From Promethearchaeia archaeon (GTDB taxonomy: Archaea > Asgardarchaeota > Lokiarchaeia > Sigyniarchaeales > SOKP01), in NCBI GenBank assembly GCA_029856085.1, contig JAHQWI010000057.1, forward strand, positions 1 through 48,718: a DNA stretch of 48,718 nucleotides. The letters are read 5' to 3'. The notes beneath the pieces were generated by a model that made no database searches, was not told the DNA's origin, and saw nothing but the letters and a program-made list of their open reading frames with translations. The position numbers were made by a program, and so were the translations under genes. Shown piece after piece: positions 9,745 to 19,799 of the stretch (the first letter of the stretch is position 1; each line of letters begins with the position of its first letter).

Positions 9745-11463
9745 TTGAGTCTTGATCGCATTATTTCAATATATGATTTTATCATTAAAGACATTTTGAG
9801 AGATAAATTGGGGATTTATCCAGATACCACTTTTGCGGATTTTGTTAAACATAAAGCGGAAGTTGTAGGAAATAAAAATTATATGACCTTTATTCGAGAT
9901 TTTGATAAAGGTATTGATGAGACATATACTTACCATGATATGCATATCAAATCAAATAAAATTGGGAACGGGTTGAGAAAATTAGGTGTTACCAGTGGCG
10001 ATGGGATTGCCCTCATGAACTTTAATTCACCCGAATTTCTATTGACCGTATTTTCAATATTTAAAATTGGAGGTTATGTAGTCTTTGTAAATACTATGTT
10101 AAAGGGTGAAGGCTTGCAATATATTATCGATCACAGTGATAGCAAAATTTTAGTAATACATTGGAGTCTTCTGGAGAGGTATCTAAAAATCAAAAGTAAA
10201 TTACCCAAAATTCAAAAAGTTATTGTGGATTTAAATGAAGCTCCAAATAATTTTAGTTTACCAGAAGGAATCTATTCCCTTCAAAAATTAATGGAGTCTT
10301 CTGATGAAGATATAGAGTCTGATATAAATCCCAAGAATATCTCATTTCTAATGTATACTTCTGGAACAACTGGATTACCCAAAGCGGTCACTGGTTTCTA
10401 TGGAGGCTCTTTTTATGGAGATGGACTTTTTATCCCAACTATAATGGGATATGGTCAAGGCCAACTTGGAGATACTCTTTACACATGCTTGCCGTTATTC
10501 CACTCTAACGGATTTTTTAATACAGCTCTTGCGGGGTATTTTAACGAATTTCCTGTTGTTATTTCTAAAAAATTTTCAGCTTCAAGATTTTGGAATATAA
10601 TTCGAAAATATGGAGTAACAAATTTCAATTTATTGGGATCTATGCCGTTATTTTTGTTAAAGCAACCAGAACGACCAAATGATCGAGATAATAAAGTTAG
10701 GCGAATCAATACCCTTGCTTGCCCTAAAGAAATAATAAAAAATTTTGAAGAAAGGTTTGGAGTAAAAGTGTATGAAAGCTATGGAGCAACGGATGGTGGT
10801 GGGTTCGGTCTGGGTACGTACGAAAGAAGACACGAAAATCCACCTATTGGAACAATGGGTAAACCACAAGGAAATCTTGTTGCAGAAATTTTAGATACGG
10901 AGGGCAATATTATGAAACCTGGTGAAGTCGGAGAATTAGTTTTTTTTGTCAGCTCAACAGGAGCTCAACAAGATCTTAAACGAAGAAAAGTCACCTACTA
11001 TAAGGATGAAAAAGCTTCACAAAATAAGATAAAAAAAGGAAATGATGGAAAATTCTGGTTTCACACAGGAGATTTAGCGACTAAAGATGAGAATAGGTGG
11101 TTCTTCTTTGTGGATCGAAAGAGAGATTCAATCAGACGGCGTGGAGAGAATATTGCAGCCTGGAGTGTTGAACGAATTATTAATAAGCATGATAAGGTTT
11201 TAGAATCCGCTGCTTTTGGGGTTAAATCATCTGAATATGCCGAAGATGAGGTAATGGTTGCTGTAGTGTTGAAACCCGAAGAATCAATGACACCAGAGGA
11301 ATTATTATATTTCCTTGAAGATAAGTTAGCTGAGTTTATGATTCCCAGATTCATTGCTTTTGTTGAGAAATTACCAAAAAACGAAGTTCATAGATTAATG
11401 AAACGATTCCTCAAAGATCGTGGGGTGACAGAAACAACTTATGATAGAGAAAACCCGAGATAA
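9745..11463 (+). CDS. Acyl-CoA synthetase, CaiC/FadD17-like
   Basis: YTSGTTGLPK, LPLFHSN, YGATDG, WFHTGD, DRKRDSIRRRGENI. Confidence 0.92.
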   Translation: MSLDRIISIYDFIIKDILRDKLGIYPDTTFADFVKHKAEVVGNKNYMTFIRDFDKGIDETYTYHDMHIKSNKIGNGLRKLGVTSGDGIALMNFNSPEFLLTVFSIFKIGGYVVFVNTMLKGEGLQYIIDHSDSKILVIHWSLLERYLKIKSKLPKIQKVIVDLNEAPNNFSLPEGIYSLQKLMESSDEDIESDINPKNISFLMYTSGTTGLPKAVTGFYGGSFYGDGLFIPTIMGYGQGQLGDTLYTCLPLFHSNGFFNTALAGYFNEFPVVISKKFSASRFWNIIRKYGVTNFNLLGSMPLFLLKQPERPNDRDNKVRRINTLACPKEIIKNFEERFGVKVYESYGATDGGGFGLGTYERRHENPPIGTMGKPQGNLVAEILDTEGNIMKPGEVGELVFFVSSTGAQQDLKRRKVTYYKDEKASQNKIKKGNDGKFWFHTGDLATKDENRWFFFVDRKRDSIRRRGENIAAWSVERIINKHDKVLESAAFGVKSSEYAEDEVMVAVVLKPEESMTPEELLYFLEDKLAEFMIPRFIAFVEKLPKNEVHRLMKRFLKDRGVTETTYDRENPR

Positions 11464-11529
11464 GAATTTTACTTTTACCGGGTTTTTGAATTCGAATTTT
11501 TTTTAAATTATCCTTATAAAAATATAATA

Positions 11530-12354
11530 GTGAAAAATATGGAATATGAACAAATAATTTTCGAAAAAACCGATCAAATAGCCACAATTACCTTAAATAG
11601 ACCAGAAAGACTCAACGCACTCACGTGGCAGATGGGAAAAGAATTGTGGGATACAATTATGAATGTCGAAAATGATCCGGAAATGCGTGTTACAATTCTA
11701 ACTGGAAAAGGGAGAGGTTTTTGTGCAGGTGCAGATCTTTCAGGTGGAAAAAGTACTTTCTCTGGAGAAAATCGTCCGAAACCAGATAAAAATAAACCAC
11801 AAACGAGCAATATTCAGAAATATATGAATTTAAATAAACCTGTTATCGTTGCTATTAATGGTCCTGCAGTTGGGATTGGTATTACCATGATTTTACCTTT
11901 TGATATCAGGATTGCTTCTGAAAGTGCCCGTATTGGAATAGTGTTTAACCGAAGAGGAGTCATTCCCGAAATTGCTTGTCCATGGATCTTGCCTAGAATT
12001 ATTGGAATTAGTAAAGCTGCTGAATTAATGCTTACAGGACGGATAATTGATGCAAAAGAGGCATTAGAATTCGGACTTGTTAGCAAGGTCGTTCCTGACG
12101 ATAAATTAATGGACACAGCAAGAAAGATTGCTGAAGAAATTGTATTAAGCGCCCCAGTTAGCGTTGCATTAACCAAGAAAATGCTTAACCTTTTTCTAAA
12201 GGAAACAGATATCCTTGAAGCAGAAAAAATCAATAGTAAGTATTTTTGGTGGACAGGAAAGCAACCAGACGCGCGAGAAGGTGTGATATCATTTCTCGAA
12301 AAGAGAAAGCCAAACTGGAAACTGAAAGTTCCTGGAGATATGCCTGATTTTTAA
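11530..12354 (+). CDS. Enoyl-CoA hydratase/isomerase family
   Basis: TLNRPERLNA, FCAGADL, AINGPAVGIG, FNRRGVIPE. Confidence 0.95.
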   Translation: MKNMEYEQIIFEKTDQIATITLNRPERLNALTWQMGKELWDTIMNVENDPEMRVTILTGKGRGFCAGADLSGGKSTFSGENRPKPDKNKPQTSNIQKYMNLNKPVIVAINGPAVGIGITMILPFDIRIASESARIGIVFNRRGVIPEIACPWILPRIIGISKAAELMLTGRIIDAKEALEFGLVSKVVPDDKLMDTARKIAEEIVLSAPVSVALTKKMLNLFLKETDILEAEKINSKYFWWTGKQPDAREGVISFLEKRKPNWKLKVPGDMPDF

Positions 12355-12389
12355 ATTTATGCTCGGATTAACCAAGAGAGAGTATATAA

Positions 12390-13229
12390 ATGTCTAATTA
12401 TGATTTTAATGCAATTGGGAAAGTCTACGAATCTACTTATGAATATACCTGGAAGGATGTAATACTTTATAACCTCGGAATTGGTGCACAAGCAGAGGAT
12501 CTTCCATTCGTGTATGAAAGAAATCCAGGAGGGCTTAAAGTCATTCCAAGTTTTGCTTTAATCGCCAGTAAAGGAGGCGCAAATTTAGGTAAAGTAGGGA
12601 AAAATATCGAATACACTAAGATAGTGCATGGCGAACAATTAATACGAATAGTAAAACCTTTACCGGCAAATGGAAAGATCACAAGAAAGGGCAAATTATC
12701 TCATATTTATGATAAAGGAAGTGGAGCAGTGTTTATATCTGAAATTAAAGGATATAGTGAAAGTGGAGAACACTTATTTGATATGGAGATGACACATTTT
12801 TATATTGGAGGTGGGAGGTTTGGTGGAGACCGAGGTCCAAAATCGGAAATATTGAACCCTCCAGAAGGAAGAATCCCTGATTTTAGCATTTCGTATAAAA
12901 CCACTATGAATCAAGCTGTACTTTATCGTTTAAATGGTGATTTCAATCCTTTGCATATTGATCCGAAATTTGCCCAAAGAGGTGGTTATAAAAAACCTAT
13001 TCTTCATGGTCTCTGTACATTTGGCTTTGCAACACGAGCAATTCTTAGTAACCTTTGTGAAGGAGATGTTACAAGATTTAAGGAATTTAAAGCTAGATTT
13101 GCTAATGTTGTATATCCCGGTGAAACACTTACAACAGAAGGATGGAAAGTAAACGGAAAGTACATAATCCAAACAAAAACAGAGAACGAAATAGTGGTAA
13201 TCAATAATGCCTATGCCACTGTAGAATAA
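12390..13229 (+). CDS. MaoC double hot-dog (R)-specific enoyl-CoA hydratase 2 (MFE-2 hydratase-like)
   Basis: LYNLGIGA, VHGEQ, YDKGSGA, YRLNGDFNPLHIDP, PILHGLCTFG. Confidence 0.93.
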   Translation: MSNYDFNAIGKVYESTYEYTWKDVILYNLGIGAQAEDLPFVYERNPGGLKVIPSFALIASKGGANLGKVGKNIEYTKIVHGEQLIRIVKPLPANGKITRKGKLSHIYDKGSGAVFISEIKGYSESGEHLFDMEMTHFYIGGGRFGGDRGPKSEILNPPEGRIPDFSISYKTTMNQAVLYRLNGDFNPLHIDPKFAQRGGYKKPILHGLCTFGFATRAILSNLCEGDVTRFKEFKARFANVVYPGETLTTEGWKVNGKYIIQTKTENEIVVINNAYATVE

Positions 13230-13255
13230 ATTGGGAGACATTAAAAAATTATAGT

Positions 13256-13375
13256 TTAAGATACCTGTAAAAATTTTTTTACAGCTTCCACAAAAAGAGA
13301 GTATTGAGAGCGGCGAACATTATGATCCGCATTTTTGATATATTCAATCCTTGCTTGTTTAAATAAAGGTAAGAA
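13256..13375 (-). pseudogene. C-terminal relic of an alpha/beta hydrolase
   Basis: FLPLFKQARIEYIKNADHNVRRSQYSLFVEAVKKFLQVS* resembles the catalytic-His loop plus last helix; no upstream start in frame. Confidence 0.55.
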
Positions 13376-13595
13376 TCATCGCAATCTTGAAAATGATAAT
13401 AATATATTGAATTTTCTGCATGCACGAGTAGGAGCTGACGATAAATTAATAATTAATGAAAACCAACTAATTCTTCCAAAAAACTTTTTTAGTTGGTTTG
13501 TCAAAATAACAGAATGGAATCATAGTTGTTGGGATTATAGGCAGTGATTACGGTGATTATATTTTTATTAAAAATAAAATAAAAAGGAAATTTAA

Positions 13596-14420
13596 CTATT
13601 CTCCAATAAATTTTGGAGTTCTTTTTTGTAAGAAAGCTCCAATTCCTTCTTTTACATCTTTAGAAGTAGCGTTCACAGCATAACCCCAATGCTCAAATTG
13701 TAGACCTACATTCAATGGTACTTGAGTTCCATGTTGAACACACTTCTTTATGACAAAGAGGGTATTGGTAGCCGCATTTCCTAACCAAGATGCTTTTTCA
13801 TGAACAAATTCTTCAAAATTATCGTCATTTACTAAAAATGAAATAAATCCCCATTCATTCATTTGTTCAGCAGTAAAGTGCTCACCAAAATACATCATTC
13901 TGTTAACTTTCATCTTACCAAAATGTCGAATCATACGTTGAGTTCCCCCGTTACTAGGAAAAATTCCCCTCTTAATTTCTGGAAACCCAAATTGTGATCT
14001 TTTTGATGCGATCACTAGATCACATACTAACACTAATTCTAATCCTCCACCTAACGCGAATCCATCAACCGCAGCAATTATTGGTTTAGGAAACTGCTCT
14101 ATTAAGTTGTAGTATTTATGTTTTAAGTTCATTGCATAATTACGATGTCTAATATTATTAAGATCAAGTTTAGAATCAACTCGAGCTGATAAATCTGCAC
14201 CCACAGAAAAAGATGGTTTTTTAGTAAAATCTTTTGTTCCTCTTAGGACTATACACCTTACACTGTTATCTAATTCCATCGATTCTAAAGCTTCCGCAAT
14301 TTCTCTTAAGGTTTGAATTTGCATAGCATTTAATTTTTCAGATCTGTTTATGGAAATAATAGCATAATTTCCTTCTTCATTTTTTTCAATTTTAACATGT
14401 TCAAATTTTTTTTCTGTCAA
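13596..14420 (-). CDS. Enoyl-CoA hydratase (crotonase with both catalytic Glu)
   Basis: AAVDGFALGGGLEL, FGFPEIKRGIFP..GGTQR, EGIGAFLQKRTPKF. Confidence 0.95.
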   Translation of the reverse strand: MTEKKFEHVKIEKNEEGNYAIISINRSEKLNAMQIQTLREIAEALESMELDNSVRCIVLRGTKDFTKKPSFSVGADLSARVDSKLDLNNIRHRNYAMNLKHKYYNLIEQFPKPIIAAVDGFALGGGLELVLVCDLVIASKRSQFGFPEIKRGIFPSNGGTQRMIRHFGKMKVNRMMYFGEHFTAEQMNEWGFISFLVNDDNFEEFVHEKASWLGNAATNTLFVIKKCVQHGTQVPLNVGLQFEHWGYAVNATSKDVKEGIGAFLQKRTPKFIGE

Positions 14421-14479
14421 TTCAAATCTCCTTATTCATTTTTTTTACATGAAATAATGATTTAAAAAATAAGAATGTA

Positions 14480-14833
14480 CTAAAATAAAAATTCTTTTAG
14501 GGAATCAATGTATTGTCTTCTTTTTGCTGGAAGGGATTCTTTCAATTTTAGCAAAGAAATTTGAAGCCCTGCATCACCTAAGGAGATCATAGGATTAAAA
14601 CGCCTGATAACCGCTAATTCCTCATCACTAGGAGATAGTGTTTCAGAGAGATCAACAGCAATTTTTAATTCCCAAGGGATTTCTTTTTTGATCTCCTCTA
14701 TCGTTACTCATGGGTGATAATTTGCTAAACTGAGGGAAATAGTATAGTTCTCACAAATCAGTTCATCCCCCTCTTGGACAAACTTTTCAATAGCTTCTTT
14801 TAAAGACATAACTTTACTGTTTTCTTCGGTTAT
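14480..14833 (-). pseudogene. Collapsed CoA-transferase (GctA/GctB-like) relic
   Basis: SKVMSLKEAIEKFVQEGDELI (subunit-A start) joined in frame to LANYHP*VTIEEIKKEIPWELKI..LSETLSPSDEELAVIRRFNP (subunit-B end); TGA at 14708-14710. Confidence 0.75.
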
Positions 14834-14910
14834 AAGATAAAACGATGCGTAATTAATCTATTAAATTTTAAAATAATTTGCAAAGGAAATTTAAGGATTT
14901 AAAAAAAGTT

Positions 14911-16086
14911 TCATTCTAGTATACTGATAGGATATTTTCCATACTTTTCTCGAATATTCATTACAGTTTGCCAACGATCTAAAGTTACTGAAGGATTGAT
15001 ACTATGTCCACTACTAAAGATATATCCTCCTTCTGGTGCTAATTCTTTTATTAATTTCTTTGAATATTCTTCTATTTCTGAGATTGTTCCAGTAGATAAC
15101 ATTTGAGGGCTTATATTACCCACAAATGTGATCTTATCACCATATTTTTTATTTAGTTTGAAAATATCATATTCAGGATTTGCTGTTGTAGGTTCAATAG
15201 GATTTAAAGCATCAACTCCTGAATTAATTATATCTTCAAAAATTTCCAATAAATCCCCATCAGAATGGAGTAATACTTTACAATCTCGTTTATGAGCCGC
15301 AGCACATATTCTCTTTAACCAAGGAATTACATAAGTTCGATGCTTCTTAGGATTTATGAATAAGCCATTCTTAAAACCGTAGTCATCCCAGAGTAATATC
15401 ATTTCCGCACCGTTATCAGCTAATATTTTAACTAATTCTAATGTGAATTTACCCTTATCACCGAATATTTTTTCTGCTTGTTTATGTTTTCTTATTATTC
15501 TGGAAAATAGTGGTAACCCAAAACCTTGCCAGTTGTCTTCCATAATTGCTGCTGTTGATGGAACTACAAATATATCATTATTCATTTTTTTCTGTGCTTC
15601 TTTACCAGCTAAAAAACTAGATATTCGTATTTCGTCATAGGGATCTAAGGGTTCCCAGCTTTCATAATCCTCAAAACTTTTAAAAATTCCTCCGTAATAT
15701 CCCATGATTACAGTACCGTCCCCTTTATACCTTTCATATTTCATTATCCGACCATATTCATCTACAAATCCACTCCCATCATCTAAAATCATACGTGGAA
15801 ACAAAGAAACTCCACATAAAGCAATATCTAGTTTGATTCTTCGGTGAAATTCGTATTGTTTTACTAAAGAATCGGCTCTTTTCTTATAATCTTTATATCT
15901 GTTGCGCAAAATTTCAATATAATTTTTATTTCCTGCAAGAGGGATCAATGAATCTATAAGATTTCCCAAAACAGGGGTTCCATAATGAGCTTTTATAGTA
16001 TTGTTGGTAAAAGCACTTTCAAATGCAGGAACACGATCTGGTTCTTCATGATTTATTGTTGTTAATACTCTTGTTGGGGCATCCAT
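14911..16086 (-). CDS. Uroporphyrinogen decarboxylase / MtaA-CmuA methyltransferase family protein
   Basis: RVLTTINHEEPDRVP, WDDYGFK, LLHSDG, LNPIEP, GNIS, GGYIFSSGHSI. Confidence 0.88.
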   Translation of the reverse strand: MDAPTRVLTTINHEEPDRVPAFESAFTNNTIKAHYGTPVLGNLIDSLIPLAGNKNYIEILRNRYKDYKKRADSLVKQYEFHRRIKLDIALCGVSLFPRMILDDGSGFVDEYGRIMKYERYKGDGTVIMGYYGGIFKSFEDYESWEPLDPYDEIRISSFLAGKEAQKKMNNDIFVVPSTAAIMEDNWQGFGLPLFSRIIRKHKQAEKIFGDKGKFTLELVKILADNGAEMILLWDDYGFKNGLFINPKKHRTYVIPWLKRICAAAHKRDCKVLLHSDGDLLEIFEDIINSGVDALNPIEPTTANPEYDIFKLNKKYGDKITFVGNISPQMLSTGTISEIEEYSKKLIKELAPEGGYIFSSGHSINPSVTLDRWQTVMNIREKYGKYPISILE

Positions 16087-16103
16087 TAAAATAACCTTTT
16101 TTT

Positions 16104-18851
16104 TTAATTATTTTTTTTTATTATCCATTCTATTCGTTTTTCAGAGATTTTTTTCCCAATCCATTCTATCATATTATCTTTAACTTCGAAATTAATTGTA
16201 TTTCTATTAACTTCAATTGATTTTATAGTTTTAAGTTCTTTTTCTTTTAATTTTAGGCAAATTCTGAATTCTCCTTCATTTTTTGGGTCATACCATCCAG
16301 AATATCCATCCCTCGTTTTTATTAGTCCAGCAAGGGGAGAATCAAACTTATATTCTTCAAAAGGTAAACAGGGAGAATATTCTATTCCTTTTGGAGTAAA
16401 TTTAATACCTGCAAGATTTGTAGCGTTATAAAGCATCCAAGCGTGAGTATGCATATTCATTACAGGAAAGTCTGTCCAGTTAACAGGCATACCGATAATA
16501 GGATCATTTACACCACTTTTATTTTGCTCATTTTTCAATAAAGCCTCTTGAAAAATAGTCTGACCTGGGAATCTCGAAAGATATGAATTAAAAGTATCTG
16601 GACCGCTCCATATACCATACCAAATTTCAGGATATGCATCAGCATGGAATGCTAGTGTATTTTTTTTCCATTCATCCAAAGCAAGATCAGAATTAATAGA
16701 CGATAATGCTTTGATAAGTGTACCGTTTATTGATGGCCAGATTCCTGCGTTAGTACCAACTCCTGCAGCTCTTGCCATTCTGTCAATACCTTTGCTGTGT
16801 AAAAGCGCCCCTATTTTTGAAGGAGCTCTTAGTGATTTATTTATATTATCTAATAAAATTGGAATTTGGATTTTATCTGCAGCCCCGCTTAAAATTGCCC
16901 ATGGTTGAGGTGATAACCATAATAAATCATTTCCCACCCAACCAATATCATCTGTAAGCCAGGCTCTTTTGAACCAATTACCATTCCATTGGTTGTGAAC
17001 TGCTGTTCGCTGTTGAGTTGCTTTTTGTTGTGCATCCTTCGCTTTATCATCCTCCCCCATCATTAATAATAGTTTTGAATATAAATCCAAAACGAAAGAT
17101 GCCATTGATGCATTAAGAACACTTTCTCCATTTTCTGTAACTGCTTCAAATTCATTACTTGATACATAACCATGAACAATATTATCATTCCAATCTCCGT
17201 TATATAGTCGTTGTAATCCGTGTTTACCAATCCCAATCTCTGAGGTTAAAAACTCGTAGCAAAGGTGGAGAATTTCTTTTACTTTTTTATATTGGATATT
17301 TTTTTCGTAAATTGGATACATTGGAATGGTTTCTTCCAAGAAATCAAAATCTCTAGTTGCTAGTGTATACTCGCTAATAATCCATAATAACCATAATTGT
17401 TGATCACTGGGATTAAATCTGGTTAGTACAATCATACCATGACCTGAAATTCCATACGGGATTGCTCCGTTTTTTTGCACGGTTTTTAAAATATATCTTA
17501 TGACTTCTTTAACAATTTCAGGTTGAATAAAAATAAGTGGTAAAACATGTTGCAGTGGATCTCGTGCTGCTCCTTGAAATCCAATTAGATATTGATAAAT
17601 ATGTCCTTGTGAAATAATGTGTTCTTTAAAAAAACTATCATATGTTAAATTTCCTTGTAAATAGTAATTATGCCAAGTAAGTTCACGATCAATCCAATCC
17701 TCATTGGGAATTATTAGTTTTATCCTAATTTTTTCCCATGATTCACAAGATTGCGCAAAAATATCTGGAAGATTCTTTTTATATTTATTATAAAGAAAAT
17801 TAATATCAAATCCATCTGGTAAATAACCATAGGCAAAAGAGAGTGTTATTTTCTCCCCTGAATTTAATATAAATTTTCGTTCAATAAACATTCCATCTTC
17901 AAATTCTGAAGATGAAAGTTCTATGTTAAAGGATTTTTTTAACCCATCTGGAGATTTAATGCCACCTTCTCCGAAGAAATCTATATTATTCGTGGATATA
18001 CCATCAAATGGGGCATCTAATGAGATTAAAAATGTCGGTGGGGGGTTACAATCTTCAAAAGAAGCTTCTGGTACTGGAGGTATAATACCATTGGGATAAT
18101 TAAGTAGGTTTTCTTCTGCAAAATTTGTCTTTATTTTGTCCCAATTTTTGTTAAAATTAAAATTCTTCCCGAGAAATTCTTTAGTATTCAGAAGACCATT
18201 TCGATTTCCAATCATTTCATAACAATTTTTAAACAATTTTGCAAAATTCCTTCGAATTTCATAAAAAGATGATTTAAAAAATCTTGATTCTAGATATGCT
18301 TTTGATGAGAATTGAATTATATTTGTCCCCCAATATTCAATCCAGCGAAGGTTTATTGGTTCATCCCGTTCATTTTTAATAGATACTTGAGATATTAATA
18401 AAGGATCATCTCCATAAGGAGCAAAAATATTTTGACTAATGATTAAATTATGAGCTTGCACCTTTTTTTTATAATATCCAATTCCAAAAACGCGTTCAAA
18501 CGATTCATTTTTATTTTTTCCAGAATAATATGTGGAAATTATATTTTTCCCATCAGATAAATAGCCAAAACCTCCTGCAAATTGATTAGATTTGGGGTTA
18601 TAATCATTAAGGAACTTAGGTCCTCCCTCATCTTGTCTCACTTGGATGTATCCATAATTAGAAGCTACACCTACCAGTCTATGATTTCCAATTTCATGCA
18701 AATGTTCCGATTTCATCCGTAATTCTTCATTTACTGGGGAGATTGCTTTTGGATCATTTACTTGATCACATGTGTATTTATAAGCAGGTAAACCAAACTC
18801 ATCTGTAATCCACTTTCCAAAATAACCCGAACCATTCTGCTTATTTTTCAT
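16104..18851 (-). CDS. GH94-like glycoside phosphorylase / six-hairpin glycosidase
   Basis: GAARDPLQ, GKHGL..LYNGDWND, GESVLNA, WNGNWFKRAW, NAGIW. Confidence 0.8.
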   Translation of the reverse strand: MKNKQNGSGYFGKWITDEFGLPAYKYTCDQVNDPKAISPVNEELRMKSEHLHEIGNHRLVGVASNYGYIQVRQDEGGPKFLNDYNPKSNQFAGGFGYLSDGKNIISTYYSGKNKNESFERVFGIGYYKKKVQAHNLIISQNIFAPYGDDPLLISQVSIKNERDEPINLRWIEYWGTNIIQFSSKAYLESRFFKSSFYEIRRNFAKLFKNCYEMIGNRNGLLNTKEFLGKNFNFNKNWDKIKTNFAEENLLNYPNGIIPPVPEASFEDCNPPPTFLISLDAPFDGISTNNIDFFGEGGIKSPDGLKKSFNIELSSSEFEDGMFIERKFILNSGEKITLSFAYGYLPDGFDINFLYNKYKKNLPDIFAQSCESWEKIRIKLIIPNEDWIDRELTWHNYYLQGNLTYDSFFKEHIISQGHIYQYLIGFQGAARDPLQHVLPLIFIQPEIVKEVIRYILKTVQKNGAIPYGISGHGMIVLTRFNPSDQQLWLLWIISEYTLATRDFDFLEETIPMYPIYEKNIQYKKVKEILHLCYEFLTSEIGIGKHGLQRLYNGDWNDNIVHGYVSSNEFEAVTENGESVLNASMASFVLDLYSKLLLMMGEDDKAKDAQQKATQQRTAVHNQWNGNWFKRAWLTDDIGWVGNDLLWLSPQPWAILSGAADKIQIPILLDNINKSLRAPSKIGALLHSKGIDRMARAAGVGTNAGIWPSINGTLIKALSSINSDLALDEWKKNTLAFHADAYPEIWYGIWSGPDTFNSYLSRFPGQTIFQEALLKNEQNKSGVNDPIIGMPVNWTDFPVMNMHTHAWMLYNATNLAGIKFTPKGIEYSPCLPFEEYKFDSPLAGLIKTRDGYSGWYDPKNEGEFRICLKLKEKELKTIKSIEVNRNTINFEVKDNMIEWIGKKISEKRIEWIIKKNN

Positions 18852-18925
18852 AATATCTCTTTTCTCTTGTTTTATAATTAAAAAAAAAACTATTTATATC
18901 TAAAAAAATTTTAAGAAAAATAAAG

Positions 18926-18942
18926 TGTTACTTATCGTAACA
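18926..18942. promoter_or_regulatory. Operator TGTTAC-TTATC-GTAACA
   Basis: Perfect consensus in the divergent promoter between the GH94-like gene and the ABC operon. Confidence 0.75.
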
Positions 18943-18963
18943 AAAGATCTATAAACATTAAAA

Positions 18964-18980
18964 TGTTGCTACATGTAATA
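18964..18980. promoter_or_regulatory. Operator variant TGTTGC-TACAT-GTAATA
   Basis: 2 mismatches to consensus, 38 bp from the perfect site. Confidence 0.6.
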
Positions 18981-19022
18981 AAGTATCTATAAATAATAAC
19001 TAATAAATTTCAAAGATCAAAT

Positions 19023-19793
19023 ATGGTCATGAAGATGGAAGAAGGTGAAAGCTTTGCGGGACATTTTAAATTGAATATGGGAAGACAAGGGAATTTCATA
19101 TTTGCCTTTATTTCAATCTTATTAGGATATTATGGTATCATAAGTAATTTGATCATGTTTGACATCTATGGGAATCAAATTCCATATACAGATCCAGAAC
19201 TTTTCGATCGTACCCTCTTAATTTGGTCGTTTTTAACATATGTAGAGACGTTATTCTTACCTCCAACGCTGTTATTTTTTGTTTGTTTTATTATTACTTA
19301 TAAAGAAGACATTCCACATTATGGAATTAAAGCTTCTATTTGGTTTGTTCCAATAATAATCTGCATTGGAATTTCTTGGTATTGGATAATGTTTGGTTTA
19401 TCAATTTTACCCTTACAACATCTATTCGGAAATTGGAAAGGGTATCTGAACATGTTCATACTATTATTGATTAATCTGAGTGGAGCAATCTCAGGTTTTA
19501 TGTTTAAAAAAATTGTACTACTCCGGAAACAACAAAAAGATCAAGAATTAGACAAAACAAAAATTAGCACTAAAAATATTATATTTTTTTACAGTTTAAT
19601 ATCAATTTTTTTATCATTTCTTTTATTCGCACTTATTAATGGTGTACTTAATTTCAATGTGTTTTCGTTTAACGAAAGTTCAAAGATCTTTGAAGTATTA
19701 ATATTTTATATGATAATTTTCAGTTTTTTAACGATGATTTTCTTGATATATAGAAAAATGATCCAAAAAATTAATAATAAAAGTTTTAGGTAA
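19023..19793 (+). CDS. Polytopic membrane protein of unknown function, first gene of the ABC operon
   Basis: About 6 hydrophobic segments; 6 bp gap to the permease. Confidence 0.8.
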   Translation: MVMKMEEGESFAGHFKLNMGRQGNFIFAFISILLGYYGIISNLIMFDIYGNQIPYTDPELFDRTLLIWSFLTYVETLFLPPTLLFFVCFIITYKEDIPHYGIKASIWFVPIIICIGISWYWIMFGLSILPLQHLFGNWKGYLNMFILLLINLSGAISGFMFKKIVLLRKQQKDQELDKTKISTKNIIFFYSLISIFLSFLLFALINGVLNFNVFSFNESSKIFEVLIFYMIIFSFLTMIFLIYRKMIQKINNKSFR

Positions 19794-19799
19794 AATCCA

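Noticed and set aside
13335-13590. 70-aa ORF with a downstream hydrophobic/basic stretch
   Set aside because: No recognisable family; possibly a decayed fragment but not supportable
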